A DNA stretch of 64,000 nucleotides, from NCBI GenBank assembly GCA_947589075.1, contig CANQBS010000003.1, forward strand, positions 23,467-87,466, written 5' to 3'. Positions 53,442 to 61,313 of the stretch are shown here, piece after piece. The notes below the pieces were generated by a model. That model was not told the DNA's origin, did not search any database, and saw only the letters and a list, made by a program, of their open reading frames with translations. The number at the start of each line of letters is the position of its first letter. Within the stretch, counting starts at the first letter, position 1. A program made the translations under genes and the position numbers. This stretch comes from an uncultured Acetatifactor sp. (GTDB taxonomy: Bacteria > Bacillota > Clostridia > Lachnospirales > Lachnospiraceae).

Positions 53442-54911
53442 TTAAAAATTAAAATAAATGAATTTGGAAACCTCCGACAATTTCATCACCGACCAGAAGA
53501 AAAGGACAGCCAGGCCCAGGAAATACCAGTTGCCGCGATGTTTTTCTGCAACGATCTCATGGGTGGACGGGGCTTTCAGGCACAGGCAGGTTCCGCCAAG
53601 AAGCCAGAAAGCCGTAAAGACCTGGGAAATGATCCCTATTGTCCCTTCCCCTATAAAACGTCTTAATACGATCAAAATACTGTTTTTTAAACAGACCGCA
53701 TCCGTAATTCCGCTGGCCAGGCCTCCGATCCCGCCGGCAAAAACCATATGATACAGCTGGAAGGGCTGAGACAAACCTGTGGTTCCAAAAAAGACCCAGG
53801 CCATATTGATAAACACAAAGGTCATACCCCAGGAAAGCAGCCTCGGCAGCCTGTCGATCCATTCTTTATTTAAGCGATAAAATACCATCATGAGTCCATG
53901 CAGCATTCCCCAGGCCACAAAATTCCAGTCCGCCCCATGCCACAATCCGCTTAAGGTAAACACGATCATGATGTTCAGGCAGGTCCTCCACTTTCCCTTC
54001 CGATTTCCTCCCAATGGGATATAAAGATATGTGGTCAGGAATCTGGTCAATGTTATATGCCATCTTTTCCAGAATTCAGAAATATTAACGGCTTTATAGG
54101 GAGAACGGAAATTAACGGGAATTTCAATATTAAATAATCTTCCGATACCAACCGCCATATCGCAATACCCGCTGAAATCAAAATAGATTTCCAGCGTATA
54201 CGCCAATATAACCGCAATCGCGCTGATACTGTTCAGCGGATTGTTCAGATTAAAACCATATTCCGTCATACGTCCGAAAACATCCGCGAGCAAAACCTTT
54301 TTCGACAGCCCCAGGATCAAATATTCTATTCCGGAGATCATGTTGCCATAATCAATATGCTTTTTATTCAGGTCCATAAACTGGGGCAAAATTTCCTTAT
54401 GCAGTACGATAGGACCCGCCACAAGCTGCGGGAAAAAACATACAAATAAAGCATAATCCCAAATCCTGTATTTCCCCATTTCCCTGCGATAGCTGTCTAC
54501 GAGAAAGGATACCTGCTGAAAGGTATAAAAGCTGATTCCCAGGGGCAGGGCAATATGGCGCAGCGCGAAGCTGGTCCCAAAAAACAGATTGATATTCGTG
54601 ATTGTAAAATCAAGATATTTACAATAAAAAAGCAGCATAAAATTAGCGGTCAAACCGCCTGTTAACAGAAGCTTTCTGACAACAGGCCGCAATCTGTCAT
54701 CCATCAGAAAGCAATGGAGCACATAATTTAACGCGATGCTGAAGGCCAATAAAAGACACAGACGCCAGTTTTCATATCCGTAAAAGATAAATGACGCCAC
54801 GATCAACGCCGCCTGCGCAAAGCGAAACAGCCGGATTTTATTCAGTCCAAAATACACCAGCCATGTAATGGGCAAAAAAACCAAAAGAAAAGCATATGAA
54901 TTAAACAGCAC
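53442..54911 (-). CDS. MBOAT family membrane O-acyltransferase (AlgI/DltB/PatA-like)
   Basis: (V/M)LFNSYAFLLVFLPI N-terminus, FYTFQQVSFLVD, RWHITLTRFLTTYLYIPLGGNR, and GLWHGADWNFVAWG containing the conserved His. GTG start with GGGGA upstream. Confidence 0.85.
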   Translation of the reverse strand: MLFNSYAFLLVFLPITWLVYFGLNKIRLFRFAQAALIVASFIFYGYENWRLCLLLAFSIALNYVLHCFLMDDRLRPVVRKLLLTGGLTANFMLLFYCKYLDFTITNINLFFGTSFALRHIALPLGISFYTFQQVSFLVDSYRREMGKYRIWDYALFVCFFPQLVAGPIVLHKEILPQFMDLNKKHIDYGNMISGIEYLILGLSKKVLLADVFGRMTEYGFNLNNPLNSISAIAVILAYTLEIYFDFSGYCDMAVGIGRLFNIEIPVNFRSPYKAVNISEFWKRWHITLTRFLTTYLYIPLGGNRKGKWRTCLNIMIVFTLSGLWHGADWNFVAWGMLHGLMMVFYRLNKEWIDRLPRLLSWGMTFVFINMAWVFFGTTGLSQPFQLYHMVFAGGIGGLASGITDAVCLKNSILIVLRRFIGEGTIGIISQVFTAFWLLGGTCLCLKAPSTHEIVAEKHRGNWYFLGLAVLFFWSVMKLSEVSKFIYFNF

Positions 54912-54948
54912 GAAAACATCCCCGTCTTTCTTTTATTTCCCGCCAAAA

Positions 54949-56676
54949 TCATCGAAATCCATATACGCAGAACGCTTCCTTTCCCTGGAAAAGGATGCTG
55001 TCCTCCCTGTAACCCTGAACCTCATGAAAACGCGCGCTTAAATATTCCTCCAGCCATCCTGTATCCTTCCCGGCAGCCGTAATAAAAAATACCCGATTCT
55101 TCTGCCCCGCCGCAGCGTCTCTTACCAAAAGCCCGCCGCCGTCCTCTGCTCCAAAGGATAAAAATTTTCCGAGCATGTGGGGAGTCCCGCTTATCCATCC
55201 TCCCAGCAAAAAATAGTTCTGTGCCTCCCCGGCGGTTTCCCAGGCTGCTCCGCCATAGGAAACCATCGGTCCCACATCCAGAAGATATAGATTGTCGCTG
55301 TTTGTCCTGCAATAGTCCGTAAGAGCCTTCCATTCCAGCTGCCTGGCCTGCTGCTCCACACATTTTTCTCCGTTCTTTTTGATCTGACCGACGCCAATGA
55401 CCGCCAGAGAGATTCCCGCCGCCACAAAGAACAGTAAAAGGATCCGTCTTCCCCACCCGGGGATTTTTTCCTTCGCTTCCTCCAGAACCTCCCTTTTTCC
55501 ATAGCCCAGCATATAACACAAAAAACCGGCCAGCAGCATAAGCTCCAAAATGTAGAGGGACTGAATCACCCTTTCCGGAAATCTCCCCCTCCAGAGCAGG
55601 TATATCCAGATAAAGCTTCTGCCGCCCCCCAGACAAAAGACAAGAAATAACTGCATAAAACGTCTCTGACAAAGCGCCGCAAGGATTACCAGGACATAAG
55701 CTCCTATCAAAATATAATTATAGGGCTTATCCGTATAACGCATATGGTAATAATAATCCAGGACACAATCCTTCAGACGTTCTGTCAGCCCCTTTCCCGA
55801 ACGGAGCTGCTTTTCATGAATCTCCGCAGCCCTCTGCATCATTTCAGCATCCACGGAATTGTCAAGGGATATGAGATACTCCTTCATCAGCATATAGTGG
55901 GCTTCGTCAATCCCTGCCTGTTCATACTGCTCTTTATATTCTTCATAGGGAAGCAGATCATGATAATCGTAAAGCTGGGTCCTGGCCTCATTATAGTTCT
56001 GATACTGTTTCCATTCTTCCGTGCGGTACATCCAGCCGTTCCACAGGGCGCACAAAAGGATGCAGCCTGCAAGCAGAGCCAGTAAAACCAACTGCTTTTT
56101 TCCTTTTTTCTCCCAAAACTGCCACAACACCACAACGCCCAAAAACGGAAGGGCAAGGAAAAAGACCTGACTTCTTACACAATAGGACAGCACAAGCAGA
56201 ATAACCGCAGAAAGTCCCGCGTCCGCAGCGATCAAAAAGATACCGCAGCCGGCCAGCACGGCCGCTACAGTCGTATAATGCAGATATATATAATTGGGCA
56301 GGAATAAAACCCCGCACAAAAGAGATACGCCGGCTAAAATCAGCCCCTTTTCCTTTTTGGGGACCTTCAGCGTCCGAACCAGATGGATCAGCACCATGCT
56401 GCAGCCCAGCCAGAAGCTTCCGGTCATAAAAAGGGAAAACCATGGGACTTTTGGGGTTACGCGATAAAGAAGGCTGAGAAAAAAGGATAAAGGATATCTC
56501 ATGTAAACTATCCTGCCTTCCGGGGTCCCTGTATAGCCTCCGGACAGAAGGCTGCGCATCAACACGTCATCATTGATGCAATACATCACAGGATATATCC
56601 CGGCAGTCAGCGCCAGTACAGCCAGCACTGCCAGCGCTGTCAAAACAGGCGTTCCCCATTTTTTATATTTCTCCAT
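54949..56676 (-). CDS. Polytopic membrane protein with C-terminal soluble domain (GT-C-like candidate)
   Basis: 575 aa. First-loop motif YCINDDVLMRSLLSGGY, about 12 helices. Downstream of the third GtrB-like GT2. Confidence 0.5.
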   Translation of the reverse strand: MEKYKKWGTPVLTALAVLAVLALTAGIYPVMYCINDDVLMRSLLSGGYTGTPEGRIVYMRYPLSFFLSLLYRVTPKVPWFSLFMTGSFWLGCSMVLIHLVRTLKVPKKEKGLILAGVSLLCGVLFLPNYIYLHYTTVAAVLAGCGIFLIAADAGLSAVILLVLSYCVRSQVFFLALPFLGVVVLWQFWEKKGKKQLVLLALLAGCILLCALWNGWMYRTEEWKQYQNYNEARTQLYDYHDLLPYEEYKEQYEQAGIDEAHYMLMKEYLISLDNSVDAEMMQRAAEIHEKQLRSGKGLTERLKDCVLDYYYHMRYTDKPYNYILIGAYVLVILAALCQRRFMQLFLVFCLGGGRSFIWIYLLWRGRFPERVIQSLYILELMLLAGFLCYMLGYGKREVLEEAKEKIPGWGRRILLLFFVAAGISLAVIGVGQIKKNGEKCVEQQARQLEWKALTDYCRTNSDNLYLLDVGPMVSYGGAAWETAGEAQNYFLLGGWISGTPHMLGKFLSFGAEDGGGLLVRDAAAGQKNRVFFITAAGKDTGWLEEYLSARFHEVQGYREDSILFQGKEAFCVYGFR

Positions 56677-56845
56677 AAATTCCCTGCCCTCTCATCCATA
56701 ATCATCTATAATCACTGCGCAGCCTGATCACTCGCTCGATCTCCTCTTTAAACCACAGTTGACTTAAAGAGCTTTGCGATCCGTTTCACACGACGTCCAA
56801 ACAGCGGCCGTGCATTTATCCCGGCTCCCAGAATAACTCTATCCG

Positions 56846-57802
56846 TCATGAACGCAACTCCATCTCTCTCATCAGCTGTCTTTTATCTCTGCTGACACAT
56901 TTCAGGCGATATTCATAATCCCGCCGGTCCTTCGCTGCCATAACCTCTAAAATAATGCCTGAGAAAAAAGAAAGCACTCCTGCCAGGGCAACGAAACCGC
57001 ATACGATCAAAGTAGGGAAACGAAGCACCAGCCCCGTCTTAAAATACTCAAACAGGACCGGCAGAAAGACCGACAAAGCGGCCAGCATCAGAAGGATCCC
57101 CAAAAGTCCGAAAAAACTTAGCGGCCGATAATTTTTGAAAAGCTGCAGCATCTTATGAATCACCCGGAAACCATCCCGGAAGGTATTCAGCTTCGACTGG
57201 CTTCCTGCGGGACGGTCCCGATACTCCACCACAACGTTATCCACCTGCATATTATAGTTCACGGCATGAATCGTCATTTCCGTCTCAATTTCGAAACCCT
57301 GGGAAAAAATGGGAAAAGTTTTCACAAACTCATAGCCGAAGGCACGGTAGCCAGTCATGATATCCTTGATATCGGAATGGAACAGCGTATTGATCCCCGC
57401 CCGCATAAAGCTGTTGCCGAAATTGTGAAAGGGTCTCTTGTTCTCCGTGAAATAGGTTGAGGATAACCTGTCCCCTACCACCATATCCGCATTATGAAAC
57501 AGCACCAGATCCACCATTTGTCTGGCGCTTTCCAGCGGATAGGTGTCGTCTCCGTCGATCATCAAATAACACATGGCGTCAATTTCACGGAACATCCTGC
57601 GGATCACATTCCCTTTTCCCTGCTTATATTCATGGCGAAGCACAGCCCCTTCTTTGGACGCGATCTCACCTGTCCGGTCTGTGGAATTGTTATCGTATAC
57701 ATAAATCACAGCCTCCGGCAAGGCTGCCTTTACATCCTTTATTACCTTTCCGATGGTCTGTTCTTCGTTATAACAAGGTATCAGAACAGCTATTTTATCC
57801 AT
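56846..57802 (-). CDS. Polyprenyl-phosphate glycosyltransferase-like GT2 with C-terminal TM helices
   Basis: IAVLIPCYNEEQTIGKVIKDV...YVYDNNSTDRT...MIDGDDTYP...two C-terminal helices. Confidence 0.8.
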   Translation of the reverse strand: MDKIAVLIPCYNEEQTIGKVIKDVKAALPEAVIYVYDNNSTDRTGEIASKEGAVLRHEYKQGKGNVIRRMFREIDAMCYLMIDGDDTYPLESARQMVDLVLFHNADMVVGDRLSSTYFTENKRPFHNFGNSFMRAGINTLFHSDIKDIMTGYRAFGYEFVKTFPIFSQGFEIETEMTIHAVNYNMQVDNVVVEYRDRPAGSQSKLNTFRDGFRVIHKMLQLFKNYRPLSFFGLLGILLMLAALSVFLPVLFEYFKTGLVLRFPTLIVCGFVALAGVLSFFSGIILEVMAAKDRRDYEYRLKCVSRDKRQLMREMELRS

Positions 57803-57817
57803 GCCTTATCTCCTGAA

Positions 57818-58813
57818 TCATTTTTCCAGATCAACTTCCTTCAGGCGTTCCTGAATCTGCTGCACCGTCAGCCATTCCGTATTATTCCCCGAGCTGTAGG
57901 AAAAGCCTTCCGGCACCTTCTTTCCCGTGGGAACGGGCCTTCTGTGTTCGCTCCACACGATCTGGGGATACACGATAAAGTGTTTCTCGTATTCATAGGT
58001 ATGAGGGGAATCCTCAGCCGTCACCATGATCTCATGAAGCTTCTCCCCTTCCCGTATTCCGATCTCCGGCATCTTGCAGCCCGGAAGCATCGCCTGGGCC
58101 AGATCTGTGATCCGGAAAGAAGGGATTTTCGAAATAAAGGTTTCTCCTCCAATAGATTCCTCCAACGCCTTGATCACAAGCTCCACGCCCTGCCGCAGAC
58201 TGATCCAGAATCTTGTCATCCGATAATCCGTAATAGGCAGTTCAGTTCCCCCGTTCTTTATGATATTATGGAAAATCGGGATAATGGAGCCCCGGCTCCC
58301 CGCCACATTTCCATAACGGACGATGGAAAAACAGATATCCTTTCCTCCGGCATATGCATTGGCCGCAATAAAAAGCTTGTCCGACACCAGCTTCGTCCCA
58401 CCGTACAGATTTACAGGATTCACCGCCTTATCCGTCGACAAAGCCACTACCTTCTTCACTCCGGTATCCAGGGCGCAGTCGATCACATTCTGGGCTCCGT
58501 TAATATTGGTCTTAATCGCCTCCGCCGGATTATACTCGCATGCGGGCACCTGCTTCAGGGCCGCCGCATGAACCACATAATCCACTCCTTCAAAAGCCCT
58601 CCTCAATCTCTCCTTATCCCGCACATCCCCGATAAAGAAACGCAGCTTCTCCTTATATTTTTTGAATTCGTCCTGCATGATCAGCTGCTTATACTCATCT
58701 CTTGAATATATGATGATCTTCCGGGGATCATAGTGCTCCAGAACATACTTCGTAAACGCCTTCCCAAAGCTTCCTGTTCCTCCTGTGATCAAAATGGATT
58801 TTCCGTTTAGCAT
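57818..58813 (-). CDS. pseB: UDP-N-acetylglucosamine 4,6-dehydratase (inverting)
   Basis: KSILITGGTGSFGKAF...IIIYSRDEYKQ...HAAALKQVP...YGGTKLVSDKLF; 331 aa. Confidence 0.85.
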   Translation of the reverse strand: MLNGKSILITGGTGSFGKAFTKYVLEHYDPRKIIIYSRDEYKQLIMQDEFKKYKEKLRFFIGDVRDKERLRRAFEGVDYVVHAAALKQVPACEYNPAEAIKTNINGAQNVIDCALDTGVKKVVALSTDKAVNPVNLYGGTKLVSDKLFIAANAYAGGKDICFSIVRYGNVAGSRGSIIPIFHNIIKNGGTELPITDYRMTRFWISLRQGVELVIKALEESIGGETFISKIPSFRITDLAQAMLPGCKMPEIGIREGEKLHEIMVTAEDSPHTYEYEKHFIVYPQIVWSEHRRPVPTGKKVPEGFSYSSGNNTEWLTVQQIQERLKEVDLEK

Positions 58814-58852
58814 GTGATTCCTCCCTGTTTCATCAAGATATTTCTTTTCCCA

Positions 58853-58881
58853 AGTATAGCATATTCATTTTTAAAATACAA
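58853..58881 (-). promoter_or_regulatory. Sigma-A promoter for the pseB operon
   Basis: On the minus strand: TTGTAT, 17 nt, TGcTATACT. Confidence 0.5.
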
Positions 58882-58914
58882 CTTTATCATTTCAATAAAG
58901 CCCTGCCGCTGTAA

Positions 58915-58980
58915 CAGTTCACTCCACGCCCATGCCGAATAAATCAGGCTTTCGAAGCCGCGCTTACGCGCTTTACGACT
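58915..58980. repeat. GC-rich hairpin repeat, homologous to 52191-52285
   Basis: See 52191-52285. It lies between the stop of the 454-aa gene and the pseB promoter. Confidence 0.65.
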
Positions 58981-60313
58981 ATTTTTGTTCATTAAATGAC
59001 GATTTCTTTTCTTCCATGAAGGCCGTCACTAAAAGCCCCCAGAATATCGTAATCAAGATGGCATTTTTGTAGTCCTGCATGCCCGATGCAGATAAAGAAT
59101 ACCAGAGGGCGACCACGGCAGACAGCACGCCAAGACAAGTCAGTCCCATCCTTTGGGCATTTGCTGCAAATCCCCTCTTATCTCCATTCCACAAATAAAG
59201 CGCCAGCGCCAAAAGCAATACAAGAGGCAGAATATTTCCGGCATAGTAAACATAGTATTTTGTCAGATTAGGCGTATGATGCTGCATCATACTATAATTC
59301 CAGCCGCTGAAAGTTATGCCGTATCCCCTCAGATTCCATACGATCACGAAAGGGGAAAGGGCATATCCCAGGAGATCCATGGTGAAATCTCCGACTACTT
59401 TTTTAGTGCCAATCCGAAAAGAATCTTTTGCCATCTTCCAATATATGGACTGAGACTGCTTCACCCCATAGGTTTTTTCCATGACCAGCCCAAATTCTCT
59501 GCTTACCTTCCCTGGATCCCTGGAAATTTCAATCAAACTCTCTTCTGAAACAGCTTCCTTTGCCTCTTCGGCCCAAAAAGAACGGTTCACCGAAAAATAC
59601 GGCCAGACGCACCGGTGCAATGCCATAGCCGCAGGAGTTCTGGCCATTCTGCCGCGACTGTGGACTTCTACTGCAGCCGAATCCGTTATTCCCGTTAACA
59701 AACATACCAGAACAGCAGCTATGATCCCCTGGAAAACCATTCTTTTAGGAATTCTTCTCCTAATCATTTTAAAAATCAGTCCTGCAAAATAAATTCCGCC
59801 GCCGAACAGAAAGAATTCCGGAAGCAGCAGTCCTCCCAAAAGCCAGCAGACTGCAGCCTTGATCCATTTTCCATAACGAGAATCATAAAAGCATAATAAC
59901 AACATAAAAACAGCCGGCGACTGCGGAAGCACGGCAAGATTGAACTGTGCCGCCGGCGGCAGCGTCATCAGCCACAAAACCAGCCATATTTTCCCCGGAT
60001 TCTTCCCCGTCAGCTTCCATAAAGTCCAAAAACACAATCCCAACTGCATAAAATAGATCAGGCAATAATAAGGAACCGGACAAAATCTGGAAACCCCTTC
60101 TGCGAACTTGACCACACAGGGATATAAGATCCCCACATATTCGTCCGTTACCAGGGTATCCGCGATCTGACGCAGCTCTTCCGTCTCCGGGAAACTCTGA
60201 AATGTGCTGAAATTCCCGGCAATCCAAAGAGCCCCCAATAGGATCTGTACAAACATCAATATCCGAACCGTCTGATATAGTATACTTCGAACAAATGTCC
60301 CTGCCGTTTTCAT
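58979..60313 (-). CDS. Polytopic membrane protein (GT-C-like candidate), function unknown
   Basis: About 12 helices. First-loop motif TLVTDEYVGILYP. The start at 60313 (MKTAGTF) has AAGGAA 5 nt upstream and clears the upstream stop. Confidence 0.5.
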   Translation of the reverse strand: MKTAGTFVRSILYQTVRILMFVQILLGALWIAGNFSTFQSFPETEELRQIADTLVTDEYVGILYPCVVKFAEGVSRFCPVPYYCLIYFMQLGLCFWTLWKLTGKNPGKIWLVLWLMTLPPAAQFNLAVLPQSPAVFMLLLCFYDSRYGKWIKAAVCWLLGGLLLPEFFLFGGGIYFAGLIFKMIRRRIPKRMVFQGIIAAVLVCLLTGITDSAAVEVHSRGRMARTPAAMALHRCVWPYFSVNRSFWAEEAKEAVSEESLIEISRDPGKVSREFGLVMEKTYGVKQSQSIYWKMAKDSFRIGTKKVVGDFTMDLLGYALSPFVIVWNLRGYGITFSGWNYSMMQHHTPNLTKYYVYYAGNILPLVLLLALALYLWNGDKRGFAANAQRMGLTCLGVLSAVVALWYSLSASGMQDYKNAILITIFWGLLVTAFMEEKKSSFNEQK

Positions 60314-60323
60314 CTTATTTCCT

Positions 60324-61241
60324 TTAATCTGCGACTGAACCATTATTTTCGATCTGCCTTATGAAAGCAGCGATTTCCTCCGCTATCTTTTTCTGTCCTT
60401 CCCCATTTAAGTGTAATCCGTCAAAATAATATTGCTCCTGTGTTAGTTCCCCAACTTCAGAATTGTGATAATTATCTAAAAAGTAAAGCCCATACTCCTC
60501 GGCGATCTTCCCTTCCAAATCCACATATTCCTCCAGGTATCCCCCGCCGAAGTCAACGTCTTCACTGTCCATGGATTGTCCGTCAATCCAAATACAGCAC
60601 CAGGTCGGACTCATCAGAATAAGCCTCATATCCGGGCAAGCTTCCTGCAAAGCTTCTATAGAATATCTCAGAGCGCCCCCATAGGTCTTCACATCATAGG
60701 GATCCTCCGGGTTATCCAGCTGCTGCCCCGTATTATAATCATTGGTCCCATGCTCTATGATCATATAAATTACCCGGCTGTAATCGACCTTGTCCAGCTC
60801 TTTGATCGTATTTGAAAAATAATCCAATGTTTCCGGAAGGATATTAAGATAATGTTCCCCATAAGCGATCTGCGCCTTCTGTACTGAAAAATCCCGGCAG
60901 GCGATGGCCTCCGCAAGTTTTACCAGGCTCAGGTAACTCCCCACAGAATAAGGATAGGTCTCCTGCGCATGAAAGGATGCACGGGTACCTCCAAAGCCCC
61001 CATTTAACACCGGCACTCCAAGCTCCTTACTCAGATAATCGGGAATCCCTTCTCCGTCAAACTTATTTCCGATCACGCTGTCCCCCAAAACGACGATGGG
61101 ATATTCCTGTTTTTCCCAGGGCAGCTTTTCTTTATATAATCCAAAAGTGGCGATCAAAATAAAGATTGCCGCAAGGAATAAACTTCCGGCCCACTTTAAT
61201 ATTTTTTTTCTTTCCCAGAATAACCATTTTTTCTTATTCAT
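60324..61241 (-). CDS. Membrane-anchored SGNH/GDSL hydrolase or acyltransferase
   Basis: All four SGNH blocks are present: VVLGDSVIGN, GGFGGTRAS, IEHGTNDYN, FDGLHLNGEG. N-terminal TM anchor. Confidence 0.8.
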   Translation of the reverse strand: MNKKKWLFWERKKILKWAGSLFLAAIFILIATFGLYKEKLPWEKQEYPIVVLGDSVIGNKFDGEGIPDYLSKELGVPVLNGGFGGTRASFHAQETYPYSVGSYLSLVKLAEAIACRDFSVQKAQIAYGEHYLNILPETLDYFSNTIKELDKVDYSRVIYMIIEHGTNDYNTGQQLDNPEDPYDVKTYGGALRYSIEALQEACPDMRLILMSPTWCCIWIDGQSMDSEDVDFGGGYLEEYVDLEGKIAEEYGLYFLDNYHNSEVGELTQEQYYFDGLHLNGEGQKKIAEEIAAFIRQIENNGSVAD

Positions 61242-61313
61242 CCTGCTTTTCTATCTTTTAACCTGGTGCTGTCCCCTTTCTGTTTATTATAATATTGTTC
61301 CTTATCGCAATAT

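Noticed and set aside
58807-58992. A 61-aa minus-strand ORF in the spacer upstream of pseB. The same reasoning covers the plus-strand ORFs 46113-46307 and 52210-52608.
   Set aside because: They run through the GC-rich hairpin repeats and promoters, lack an RBS, and their sequences are not conserved between repeat copies at the protein level.
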